64,000 bases of DNA. Source: Sphingomonadales bacterium UBA6174. GTDB lineage: Bacteria > Pseudomonadota > Alphaproteobacteria > Sphingomonadales > Sphingomonadaceae. The translations under genes and the position numbers were made by a program. The stretch is taken from assembly GCA_002422945.1 (NCBI GenBank), contig DITW01000069.1, forward strand, positions 906 through 64,905, given 5' to 3'. Below, in pieces: positions 31,940 to 41,237 of this stretch (positions are counted from its first letter, which is position 1; every line of letters starts with the position of its first letter). The notes under the pieces were generated by a model, which saw only the letters and a list, made by a program, of their open reading frames with translations, searched no databases and was not told the DNA's origin.

Positions 31940-31973
31940 CGCATCTTCCCCCGTGATATTGGGCGGCAGCAGT

Positions 31974-32354
31974 TCAATTATTCTTCGCGCCTTGGCTGAT
32001 CCAATTGCGGAACAATGCGATGGTGGCGGCGGGCAAAGGCGCACCGCCAAAGGGCATGCGCACACCCTTGCCGCCCTTGGCCAAATGCGTGCCTTCAAGC
32101 TTCATGATGAGATAGCTGTCGTTCGGCTTGCCCGGCACCACACGGACCAATCCGGCGGTGGGCGATTTGACCCCGACCAGATGGCGATAGGCCGCCTTTG
32201 GGTAAAGCGCGATATCGCCGCCTTCATCGCCGGTCGCATGGCAGGTCGCGCATTGCAATTTGAGGATCGGCGCGAGATCGCGGGTAAAGCTGACGGGTGC
32301 CTCCGCAAATGCCGGGGTGGCGATGAGAGCCGTAAGAAGGAGAAGACGCTTCAT
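31974..32354 (-). CDS. small periplasmic monoheme cytochrome c
   Basis: signal peptide, CATCH, VVPGKPNDSYL, RMP, WISQGA. Confidence 0.82.
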   Translation of the reverse strand: MKRLLLLTALIATPAFAEAPVSFTRDLAPILKLQCATCHATGDEGGDIALYPKAAYRHLVGVKSPTAGLVRVVPGKPNDSYLIMKLEGTHLAKGGKGVRMPFGGAPLPAATIALFRNWISQGAKNN

Positions 32355-34108
32355 GCCTTGATGTCCGATACAGAATGCTGCGCGGCGATATAGCCATAGG
32401 TGAGGGCAAGGCCGATAGTGCAGCCTGCACCATAATAGGCATCGCGTGACGGGCTGGCGATGCAATTGCCCGCGCCATAGAGGCCGGGGATCGGGCGCAG
32501 TTGATGGTCGAGCACCTGTGCCTTTTCGTTGATCAGCGGCCCGCTATTGGTGTCGAGCGCGCCTGCGGCCAGAATGATCGCGTAAAACGGTCCCTTGCTC
32601 GCCATCGGGTGCATGGTGACGTTCGGATAAGGATTGGCGGGATAGCTCGTCCCTTCGCGCCGGGCCGAAAACAGCAAATGCCAGTTGCGATCATAATCAT
32701 GCAGGCCACGGTCGAAATCAGGGTCGCGTCCGGCGGTGGCGTAGCGATTGAAGTTGCTGACTTCGGCCAGCATATTGGCCTTGAACGCGGGATCGAGCCG
32801 CACCCCGCCGGTGGCGTGCGCGATGTTGGTCAGGCGTGTTGCCAGTGCCTCCGTCAATGCCTCCAGCGTCGGTGCCTCGATAATCGCGGGAGCTTCGCTC
32901 TTGTCGAGCGGAAACGGATATGACCCGCCAAAGCTGTCGAGCGAACGATGGTCGAAAATCATGAACAACAGATGGTTCGGATATTCTTCCTTGGTCGGAT
33001 CATAGGTGAAGTGCATCCGCGTGCGATCATTGTAGTTCCGCTTTTCATTGCCGACGCGCTTGCCATATTTGTTGACGGTGATCATGGAATCGCCCGGCAG
33101 ATAATCGCAGCACCGTGCCAACGCCCGATTTTCAAGCGCTTCTTCCAATGCGACCTGCGAACGCCATGCCGAACCGAGGTTGCCCATCGCCGCCCCGGCC
33201 TCTGCCGCGATGGCGATGAAGTCGCCGGTCGCGCCGGTGCGGGCGCACGAACCAAAAAGCGCGGTCTGGTGGCGGTTGATCAGCTCTTTGTTATGGGCAT
33301 AGCCGCCGGTGCCAAAGATCACGCCCTTGTGCGCCTTGATCGAGAGCAATTTGCCATCGCCGTCCAATGCCTCGACCCCGATCACGCGATTGTCTTGCTT
33401 GATCAGGCGGGTGACCTTGGTGTCGGTCAATACGGGCACGCCCTTGGCCAATAGCCATGCCTCCATTTGCGCGGCAAGGCTGCCGCCGCCGGTGTCGCCG
33501 CCTGCATTGGCCGCAGGCTGGATCGCGCGGCCATGCGGGGTTTTATTCTCCGGCACATGATCGGCATAATCGGGCGCGTCGCGATTGACGGCAAACATGC
33601 GGAACGGTTGAAACCCTAGTGCGCCCGATGTTTCCAGATGTTCGACCGCGACTGAACCATTGTCGTAAAAGGCCTCGATCAATTTATATTCGGCCTCGGT
33701 CACGCCAAGATTGGGGTGGTCGGGGGCAAAGCGCAGGGGGTAAGAAAAGCGCACCATATAACGCATCGCGTTTTGCTTGCTGTCATTGACGCCATCGGCA
33801 CGCAGGAAGCGATTGTTGGGAATCCATGCCACACCACCGGATTTGCCGGTCGTGCCGCCGGTCATCGGTAGCTTTTCCAGCACGATCACTTTTGCGCCCT
33901 TGGAGGTAGCAGTGACGGCGGCAGCGCCAGCGGCAGCCCCGCTACCCACGCAGACCACATCGGCTTCCATGTCCCAATGATGCGCCTGCGATTTAGGCGC
34001 GGCGGCAAAGGCAGAATCGGCGGCAAGGATCGCGCCGGGCAGCACCGCGCCCGCCGCCAAAATGGACCGGCGGCTGACAGATTTCGGCGTGTTTGACGTG
34101 TCTTTCAT
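32351..34108 (-). CDS. Tat-exported FAD dehydrogenase (KstD/fumarate-reductase flavoprotein family)
   Basis: SRRSIL Tat motif, VGSGAAA, GGTTGKSGG, IPGLYGAGN, GCTIG. Confidence 0.85.
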   Translation of the reverse strand: MKDTSNTPKSVSRRSILAAGAVLPGAILAADSAFAAAPKSQAHHWDMEADVVCVGSGAAAGAAAVTATSKGAKVIVLEKLPMTGGTTGKSGGVAWIPNNRFLRADGVNDSKQNAMRYMVRFSYPLRFAPDHPNLGVTEAEYKLIEAFYDNGSVAVEHLETSGALGFQPFRMFAVNRDAPDYADHVPENKTPHGRAIQPAANAGGDTGGGSLAAQMEAWLLAKGVPVLTDTKVTRLIKQDNRVIGVEALDGDGKLLSIKAHKGVIFGTGGYAHNKELINRHQTALFGSCARTGATGDFIAIAAEAGAAMGNLGSAWRSQVALEEALENRALARCCDYLPGDSMITVNKYGKRVGNEKRNYNDRTRMHFTYDPTKEEYPNHLLFMIFDHRSLDSFGGSYPFPLDKSEAPAIIEAPTLEALTEALATRLTNIAHATGGVRLDPAFKANMLAEVSNFNRYATAGRDPDFDRGLHDYDRNWHLLFSARREGTSYPANPYPNVTMHPMASKGPFYAIILAAGALDTNSGPLINEKAQVLDHQLRPIPGLYGAGNCIASPSRDAYYGAGCTIGLALTYGYIAAQHSVSDIKA

Positions 34109-34215
34109 GCTCTCATCTCCTTGCACGGCCCTCATTCTTTGGCGGGTCAACCGACAAGGTGGGGAATTGCGTGGTGTAATTTGCTATTTTGCAGCGTGAT
34201 TGGCAGCTATATAAT

Positions 34216-34229
34216 ATGATAGCTGTCAT
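34216..34229. promoter_or_regulatory. candidate TetR operator
   Basis: near-palindrome ATGATAGCTGTCAT in the divergent intergenic region. Confidence 0.5.
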
Positions 34230-34337
34230 GGTAAAATGATCTGATGTCTAGCGGTGTCGCCATATTTTATGATCTACTGGATAGGCTATTTATAGCGCGT
34301 TTATTGTATTGTAATAAATAATAATATTTGAAAGAGG

Positions 34338-34925
34338 GTGTTGAAGGTGCCGATTGTCGTAGATCGAAAAGAGCGTCGAGAGATGGTAACTTCCATCGCG
34401 TTTGATTTGGTTGCTGAAATAGGTATTGAGTTGCTGACATTCAAGGAAATTGCGACCGCTGCCGGATACAGCACAGCGATTATTTCAAATTATTTTCACA
34501 ATAAAAGTGAACTCTTGTTCAAAGTCTATGAGTTCGCGAACATCAGGGCGCGTGATCGCATGATGGCTGCATTTGAAGCGGGGGAACCGCTCCAGTCATG
34601 CTTTGAATCGATTATGCCGATCTCGCCGGAGAGCAAGAAAAACTGGCGCGTGTGGATGAGCTTTTGGGGGCGGGTGCATCTTGATCCCCTTTATGCGGCG
34701 GAACGGTCGCGCGCGGCCAAGGATTCACTCGGCCTGTATCGTCAGATGCTCGCTTTTCGTTATGGCGACGCGCAGGGTGTGTGCAAATTCGACCTCGATA
34801 CGGCGGCCTATCGCTTGTTGGCATTGGTGGCGGGGGCATCGCTGGAGGCGTGTTTCGATCCGGAGGGCTGGCCGGATGAAAAGCTGCGGGCAATGCTGGC
34901 AGCGGAACTCGATGCATTAGGTTGA
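34338..34925 (+). CDS. TetR-family regulator (BetI-like C-terminus)
   Basis: LTFKEIATAAGYSTAIISNYFHNKSELL; WRVWMSFW. Confidence 0.9.
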   Translation: MLKVPIVVDRKERREMVTSIAFDLVAEIGIELLTFKEIATAAGYSTAIISNYFHNKSELLFKVYEFANIRARDRMMAAFEAGEPLQSCFESIMPISPESKKNWRVWMSFWGRVHLDPLYAAERSRAAKDSLGLYRQMLAFRYGDAQGVCKFDLDTAAYRLLALVAGASLEACFDPEGWPDEKLRAMLAAELDALG

Positions 34926-35205
34926 GCGTGATCGTGACTCGCGCAAATTAGGGATTTCTCATAAGCTCACCTGTCACAATGGCGGGCTGACAGTTTATCT
35001 GTCATCTTCATATGATCGCCATCACAAATAAAAGCGCGTTTGAGCCGCTTGCCCGATCAGATCAATTCTGCGGGCAATCTGGGGGAGGTAACGCACCGGC
35101 AGCACAGGCTGTGTCGGTGCATCATTGCATCCCTGCTTGGACGTGACCGGAATGCCGCCCTTTAACAAGGCGATATATGTTGAATACGCAATGAAATAAG
35201 GAGAG

Positions 35206-35844
35206 ATGCAGATGATCCGTCACGTCGTCATGATTAAGTTCAAGAAAGATGCCCCGCAGGACAAGATCGACACCTTTTTGACCGAGGTGAAGAAATTGTC
35301 GCATCTCAATCCTGAGGTGCGCGATTACAGCCACGGCCTGTGCGTGCGCGAGCCGCGCTATCACAGCGGCGATTTCGATTTCGCCAATTGCTGCGATATC
35401 GACAGCTATGAAGCGATGGAACGCTATATGTCGCATTGGTCGCATGTGCGTATGACGCCGTTCCTGCCGGATATTCTGGAAAACATGATCTCGTTCGACT
35501 GGGAAGTCGATTATCATGGCCCGGCCTTCAACGAAGAAGCCGCCAAGATCGAAGCCGAGAAAGAAGCGAAGCGCGTCCTGCCGATCCATGAAGATCCGAC
35601 CAAGGCCTATGTCCCGGAAATTCGTGGCCGCACCAAGGAGCAGGCGAAGGAAATGCTGGCGAAGGTCGGTCTTGAACTCGGTGAAGTCGAAGAGATTCTC
35701 GGCTCGGTCTGGGCGCCGAACCGCATCATGTTCGTGACGCCAGAATTCAACACCGAAGTCGCCAAGGGCACCAAGGTCAATATCGGCATTACCGGCAATT
35801 GGTTGACTGGCCCGTCGCTGCCACATGGTCAGGCTGCCTGGTAA
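35206..35844 (+). CDS. Dabb (stress-responsive A/B barrel) + PASTA-like fusion protein
   Basis: IRHVVMIKFK...YMSHWSH Dabb pattern; VPEIRGRTKEQAKEMLAKVGL...VAKGTKVNIGI PASTA pattern; AAGGAG RBS. Confidence 0.75.
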   Translation: MQMIRHVVMIKFKKDAPQDKIDTFLTEVKKLSHLNPEVRDYSHGLCVREPRYHSGDFDFANCCDIDSYEAMERYMSHWSHVRMTPFLPDILENMISFDWEVDYHGPAFNEEAAKIEAEKEAKRVLPIHEDPTKAYVPEIRGRTKEQAKEMLAKVGLELGEVEEILGSVWAPNRIMFVTPEFNTEVAKGTKVNIGITGNWLTGPSLPHGQAAW

Positions 35845-35869
35845 AAGCTTCCCTGTTTGAAGGAATATA

Positions 35870-36175
35870 GTGATGATTTTCGTGGCAGGGTCGATGTCTG
35901 TGCAGCCTGCGCATATCGACGAATTTGAAACGGCAGTCGCGGCGATGGTCGATGGCGTGCGCGAAGAAGATGGGTGCATCCATTATTCGTTGCTGGTCGA
36001 AAACCGCGCGGCGGGTCTGGTCAATGTGCTGGAGATGTGGGAGAGCGAGGAAAAGCTCAAGACCCACCTTCAGACCGCAGGGACACAGGCCTTCTTTGGA
36101 CGTTTCGGCCCATTGATGACCGGCATGAATGTGCAGGTTTATGATGCGTTGAATCCACGCGGCGTGCCGCTTTAA
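35870..36175 (+). CDS. antibiotic biosynthesis monooxygenase (ABM)/quinol monooxygenase-like
   Basis: REEDGCIHY, EMWESEEKLKTH. Confidence 0.85.
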   Translation: MMIFVAGSMSVQPAHIDEFETAVAAMVDGVREEDGCIHYSLLVENRAAGLVNVLEMWESEEKLKTHLQTAGTQAFFGRFGPLMTGMNVQVYDALNPRGVPL

Positions 36176-36241
36176 GCCACTAAACCAAGAATAAGCCCGG
36201 CGGCGCGCTGGACACGGTCAATTCGACGAAAGGAATATTGT

Positions 36242-37420
36242 ATGAACAAGTTGGATGACAACCGCCGCGTCGCCGAGCAATTGGTGGAACTGGTCAAAAC
36301 TGGCACCACCGATATGGCGCCAGATGTGATGCGCGTGCCTTCGTCGCAATATCTGGACCCAACCGTCTGGCGCGGGGAAATCGACACGTTGTTCATGCGT
36401 CTGCCTTTGTTGGCGGGTGTCAGCGCCGAAATCCCCAATCCGGGCGATTACAAGGCCTATGATTATGTCGGCCAGCCGCTGCTGATCTCGCGCCAGAAGG
36501 ATGGCAGCCTGAGGGCGATGCTCAATGTCTGCAAGCATCGCGCGATGTTGCTGGCCGAAGAAGGCAGTGGCAATTGCCGCCGCTTTTCCTGCCCTTATCA
36601 TGGCTGGACCTATAATGCGGATGGCAGCCTGATCGCGGTCGCCGAGCGCAGCAAATTCGGCCAGGTAGAGCCGGAGGAACTGGCGCTGACCCAATTGCCG
36701 GTGTTTGAACGCCATGGCTTTATCTTTGTCGTGCTGACGCCGGGACAGGAGGCCGATTTTGAAAACCATGTCGGGCCGATGGCCGATGACATGGCCTATT
36801 TGAATCTGGCGGGCGCCTATTTCGTCGGCACCCGTGAAATTCAGGGGCCGAATTGGAAGGTCGCTTATGATGGCTATCTCGAAGGCTATCATTTCGCCGC
36901 CGCGCATCCGGAAACGATCAACCCGCGCACTTTTTCCAATGTGATGCAGTTCGACGCCTTTGGCCCGCATTTGCGTGTCGGCTATCCCCAGCGTTCCATT
37001 CTTGAACAATTGGGCAAGGTCGCGCCGGAAAAATGGGGCGAATGCGAGACGGACGGCTATGATTTCGTGCGGACATTCTTCCCGAATGTGTCGATCTTCG
37101 CCGCGCCGGAAATTATCCAGATTTCCCAGATGATCCCCGGCAATACGCCGGAAGCCAGCCGGACGATCATGTATTTCCTTGGCCGCGATCCGAATCCGTC
37201 GGCGGATGAGATCGTCAAGCTGAACGAAATGGCCGACTTCCTCGCTGGCGTAGTCGAGCGTGAAGATTATGGCGCGGGCCTGAAGGTGCAGCGCGGTCTC
37301 GCGTCATCCGCAGCGTCCCATGTCATTTTTGGGCGCAATGAACGCGGCAACCAGCATTTCCACAAATGGGTCGAATATTACATGCGCAAGGACAAGAGCT
37401 TGCCGACCCCGGTTCTTTGA
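36242..37420 (+). CDS. Rieske ring-hydroxylating oxygenase alpha subunit
   Basis: CKHR...CPYHGW Rieske ligands; EGYHFAAAH mononuclear Fe motif. Confidence 0.92.
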   Translation: MNKLDDNRRVAEQLVELVKTGTTDMAPDVMRVPSSQYLDPTVWRGEIDTLFMRLPLLAGVSAEIPNPGDYKAYDYVGQPLLISRQKDGSLRAMLNVCKHRAMLLAEEGSGNCRRFSCPYHGWTYNADGSLIAVAERSKFGQVEPEELALTQLPVFERHGFIFVVLTPGQEADFENHVGPMADDMAYLNLAGAYFVGTREIQGPNWKVAYDGYLEGYHFAAAHPETINPRTFSNVMQFDAFGPHLRVGYPQRSILEQLGKVAPEKWGECETDGYDFVRTFFPNVSIFAAPEIIQISQMIPGNTPEASRTIMYFLGRDPNPSADEIVKLNEMADFLAGVVEREDYGAGLKVQRGLASSAASHVIFGRNERGNQHFHKWVEYYMRKDKSLPTPVL

Positions 37421-37429
37421 TGGCCTGAG

Positions 37430-38173
37430 TTACGCGCTCGCTTTATCTTCTGGGCCGTCAAGCCCGAGATAAGCGAGCGCCATTTCCAGCGCGGCCGCCG
37501 CGAAGTCGGGGTCGCTGAGCTGTAGCCCTGCACCCAGCTCGCCGCAATCGGGCAGCGCCGCCCAGACCACCGCGCCGCGAATGATGCTGTGCATGTAGAA
37601 GACGCGATGGCGTAAAGCCGCCGGGTCGCGATCTGGCAATTTGGCGATCAGCAAATCCGCGATCATCGCCGCGACCTCATCATTCGCATTGCTCTGATCG
37701 AGATGGGTCTGGCGATCTTCCAGCCGTCGGCGTTCGATCAGGCGCAACAACCCGGCATCGGTCCGAAACGAGCTGAAGATGATGTTGACGTGCAGCGCCA
37801 CCACTTCGGCAGGGCTGGCGGTGCGCATCTGTTCGGAACCGACAAAGCCCCGGATTTCCCGCATGCGCAGGGCGCGAAAGCCTTCGATAATGGTCTGGAG
37901 AATTGCTGATTTGTCGGCAAAACGCTGGTACACCGTGCCAATCGGTACGCCTGCCTCTTGGGCGATTTCACTGACCTTGGTCGCCTCAAAGCCCTTGTCC
38001 GCGAACAGGCGGAGCGAGGCAGCGACAATGCGTTCGAGTGCCAGTCGGCTGCGCTGCTGTTGCGGGATGACATAGCTGGAGGAATTGGCCAGCCAAATCG
38101 CCGGGTCCCGTTCAAACGGGAGTGCGCCGAGATCTGCCTTCATCCTTGCCGTATGTGGGGCCGGGTTGTTCAT
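37430..38173 (-). CDS. TetR-family regulator
   Basis: GFEATKVSEIAQEAGVPIGTVYQRFADK HTH. Confidence 0.9.
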   Translation of the reverse strand: MNNPAPHTARMKADLGALPFERDPAIWLANSSSYVIPQQQRSRLALERIVAASLRLFADKGFEATKVSEIAQEAGVPIGTVYQRFADKSAILQTIIEGFRALRMREIRGFVGSEQMRTASPAEVVALHVNIIFSSFRTDAGLLRLIERRRLEDRQTHLDQSNANDEVAAMIADLLIAKLPDRDPAALRHRVFYMHSIIRGAVVWAALPDCGELGAGLQLSDPDFAAAALEMALAYLGLDGPEDKASA

Positions 38174-38278
38174 GATTGTCCCTTATCTGCAAGGAACCCG
38201 TTGCACCAGAGGCTTAAAAGGCTTTGGCGAGGGCAGGGACGCGCCGCGATCAGGCTCGATTGCGGCGCGTCCGCGCGT

Positions 38279-39106
38279 TCAATATTTCACGTTTTTCGTA
38301 AAGCCGCCGTCGACGGTGAGATTGACCCCGGTGATCCATGAGGCGCGGGCCGAGGCGAGATAGAGCACCGCATCAGCGATTTCATCCGGCCGGCCAAAGC
38401 GTCCCGATGGGTGGCGCAGGCGGTTGGATTCATAATAATCGGGCATGTTTTCCTGCAAAAAGCCCCAACTGCCATCCTCGACGAATATCGGGCCGGGGCA
38501 GACGCAATTGCAGCGGATGCCATGCTTCATATAGTCCTGCGACAATTGATGGGTGTAGTTGATCAACGCCGCCTTCATCGCGCCATAGCTGAGACCCGCC
38601 TCGCCAAAGGCGTGGTTCTCGATCGCAGTGATTGTCGACATCTGGACGAATGCCGCCGCATTCGACTGTTTGAGATAAGGCAGGGCCGTATCGAACATTG
38701 CCACTGCCGACATCAGATCGACATTGTAATTGATGTCCCAACCCTTGCGGCTGCGCGGAATGCCGCCCAAGGCGCTGGCGTTCGAGACGACGATGTCGAT
38801 CCCGCCCATGTCCTTGGCCGCCTGTTCGACCCAGGCCGTGACCTGATCGAAATAGCCGCAATCGACGACTGAACCGAACACCGTGCCCCGCTTGGACAGC
38901 GCCGCGACCGCCTCTTCAATCCCTTCGCCATGCAGGGGATTGGCGAAGACCTCTTCGTCGCTGGGGTTGGGCTGTTCGCCGCGTGCACGACGGCCACAGA
39001 AGCTGACAATCGCGCCTTCATCGAGAAAACGTTCGACCATACGGCGTCCCAGCCCGCGTGTGGCCGCGCTGACGATGACTTTCTTGCCTTTCAGTTCAAG
39101 ATCCAT
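38279..39106 (-). CDS. short-chain dehydrogenase/reductase (related to 27953-28714)
   Basis: SAATRGLG, YGAMK, CNCVCPGPI, DGGFTKNVKY. Confidence 0.88.
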   Translation of the reverse strand: MDLELKGKKVIVSAATRGLGRRMVERFLDEGAIVSFCGRRARGEQPNPSDEEVFANPLHGEGIEEAVAALSKRGTVFGSVVDCGYFDQVTAWVEQAAKDMGGIDIVVSNASALGGIPRSRKGWDINYNVDLMSAVAMFDTALPYLKQSNAAAFVQMSTITAIENHAFGEAGLSYGAMKAALINYTHQLSQDYMKHGIRCNCVCPGPIFVEDGSWGFLQENMPDYYESNRLRHPSGRFGRPDEIADAVLYLASARASWITGVNLTVDGGFTKNVKY

Positions 39107-39136
39107 GAAATGCTCCTCGGATTATATTTTATCGTT

Positions 39137-39631
39137 TTAGATCGACGGCAATTGCTCGTTCGCGTGGATTTCGATCAACTCGAACACATTGCCGAAAAAG
39201 TCGCGGCCATAGGTCGCGGCATAGCCCGATTTGCTGCCATCAGCGGCGGTCGATATGCTGGTTAGATCGGGCGCAGTGTGGAAGCGAATGCCCGCCGCCA
39301 GCATCTTGTTATAGACCGTCAGTATGTCATCCACCTGCAAGCAGAAATGGGTGTAGCCAAAGCGATTGACCCCCTCATTTGGATGTTGAGGGTCGGCGCG
39401 TGGCGACAGATATTCGAACACTTCGATAAAGACATTGCCCAAACGGGCGACGAATTGCTTGCCCGCGCAGTCCTTCAACCCGACAATCGCATCGATCATG
39501 TCATTGCCGGCCTCCCAAGCCACCGCCGAGATTTCCTCCGCGCCGAGCAGATCAATGTAAAATCGCCGTGCCAGATCGATGTCCGGCACCGATACCGCGA
39601 CATGATGGACGCCCTTGATGTGCGACCTCAC
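39137..39631 (-). CDS. VOC/glyoxalase-family protein
   Basis: HHVAVSVPD, HFCLQVDD, YGRDFFGNVFELIE; GTG start overlapping the upstream TGA. Confidence 0.85.
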   Translation of the reverse strand: MRSHIKGVHHVAVSVPDIDLARRFYIDLLGAEEISAVAWEAGNDMIDAIVGLKDCAGKQFVARLGNVFIEVFEYLSPRADPQHPNEGVNRFGYTHFCLQVDDILTVYNKMLAAGIRFHTAPDLTSISTAADGSKSGYAATYGRDFFGNVFELIEIHANEQLPSI

Positions 39632-41004
39632 TTCTTGCCCTCCAGATATTTGTCGAGCGTATCCTGCACATGGCGGATGCGGGATTCCTGATAGGTGGAG
39701 AGCGTCGCCGCGCCCTTGTGGCTCGCGTACATGCCCTCGCGCTGCCAACGCATGATGTCTGTATCCTGATCGAGCACGCTGGCAAGGAACGGGTCCATGC
39801 CCTCGACGCTGGCAAAGGCTTCGTCTTCGCCGATTTCGATCAGTTCCGCGACATCGAAAGCGCCATTATTTGCGGGCTTGGGCCTGAGCACCATCTGGTC
39901 GAAGATCGACTTGTCCGGATCATGGCCATCGGGGCGGAATGTCTGGATCAACGCCAGACCCGGCGCGGGGTAGAAGGCCACGTTCGGGAAAACATTATAT
40001 TTCAATGAGTCGATCATTTCCGGCACGGAGAAGTTGGAATAATCCAGCCCATAATCGGCCAGCATCTGGGCTTTGACCTGTTCGGCCATGACCCAGCGCG
40101 CGGTCTTGCCCTCTGGCACGATCGCGCGCTCGCCGACAATCGACCCATCGCCGACCAGCATGGAATCGAGCAACGCCTGCTGGCTCATTTCCACTGAAGA
40201 TGTCGGGCTGGGCGTTGCCATGGCGCACAGGTCGCGGCTGATATGATCGCTGAAAATATCGTGCTGCATATTGTGGTCGCCGACCACATTGGTCATTTCA
40301 GGATGCACATAGGGCGTGTGATACGCCTCCATGAACGCATCTTGCGCCAGCTTCCAATTGCCCGGCAAATGCTTGCGGACATGGGTGTGGACATACCAGC
40401 CGGTCAGATCCCAATTGCGGAAATGGTCGGGCAGGACTTCGAGATAGTCCAACAGGCTGGGCGCATCCTTGTCGAAATTGATGAAGACAAAGCCGTTCCA
40501 GCTTTCGACCCGCACTTCCGGCAGGCACACCTTGGCGCGGTCGAGTTGTGGGAATTCCCATTCGCACGGGATGTTCTTGACCGTACCTTCAAGGTTCCAT
40601 TCCCATGCATGATAAGGGCAGCGCAATGACGGCGCCCAACCGGCATCGCCCGATGGCTTCAGCTTGGTGCCGCGATGCAGGCAGCTATTGTAATAGCCCT
40701 TGAGGCCGTGTTCCGTGCGGACGATGACAATCGAGAGGCGCGCCAGATCATAGACATAATAATCGCCGACTTCGGCCACATGTTCATCGCGACAGGCGAA
40801 TTGCCACACCCGCTTCCACATATGTTCGATTTCGCGGTTGAAGAAATCGGGGCTGGTGTAGCGGTCGAACGGGATGTCGCGCAAATTCTGATCGGGGTTC
40901 GATTGCGCCTTCAATACATCCGGTAAAGCGCCATCGCGCTGCGCGATGTCCTGCCATGTGTTGTCGGGATAATGCGCGCGCACCAGCGCCTGAATGTCGT
41001 TCAT
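39628..41004 (-). CDS. Rieske ring-hydroxylating oxygenase alpha subunit
   Basis: CLHR...CPYHAW; AFMEAYHTPYVH; GAGGAG RBS before the ATG at 41004. Confidence 0.92.
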   Translation of the reverse strand: MNDIQALVRAHYPDNTWQDIAQRDGALPDVLKAQSNPDQNLRDIPFDRYTSPDFFNREIEHMWKRVWQFACRDEHVAEVGDYYVYDLARLSIVIVRTEHGLKGYYNSCLHRGTKLKPSGDAGWAPSLRCPYHAWEWNLEGTVKNIPCEWEFPQLDRAKVCLPEVRVESWNGFVFINFDKDAPSLLDYLEVLPDHFRNWDLTGWYVHTHVRKHLPGNWKLAQDAFMEAYHTPYVHPEMTNVVGDHNMQHDIFSDHISRDLCAMATPSPTSSVEMSQQALLDSMLVGDGSIVGERAIVPEGKTARWVMAEQVKAQMLADYGLDYSNFSVPEMIDSLKYNVFPNVAFYPAPGLALIQTFRPDGHDPDKSIFDQMVLRPKPANNGAFDVAELIEIGEDEAFASVEGMDPFLASVLDQDTDIMRWQREGMYASHKGAATLSTYQESRIRHVQDTLDKYLEGKK

Positions 41005-41056
41005 TTGTCCGCTCCTCAGGGAGAATCGCCTTATCTGGCATTCAATCCATGCGGTT

Positions 41057-41080
41057 AAATATGAACCATCGCTCATATTT
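41057..41080. promoter_or_regulatory. candidate TetR operator
   Basis: AAATATGA-N8-TCATATTT perfect inverted repeat upstream of the Rieske-VOC-SDR-TetR unit. Confidence 0.6.
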
Positions 41081-41237
41081 GTCAATGGCCCATATTCGCG
41101 TTGTTGAGTGGGCGTCATGCCCTTGAATTTACGGCATCCCATCTTACGTCTTTTGTGTTAGACTTTGCCAATGCCCGCCTGTTCGAGTGGGCGAAAAGAT
41201 GCGTCATACCGGGCAGCAATTGTTCATGGAGAACAAG

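Noticed and set aside
31940..32098. Cys-rich N-terminal extension of the propeller ORF
   Set aside because: Overlaps the cytochrome c gene; the signal peptide begins after ATG 31939.
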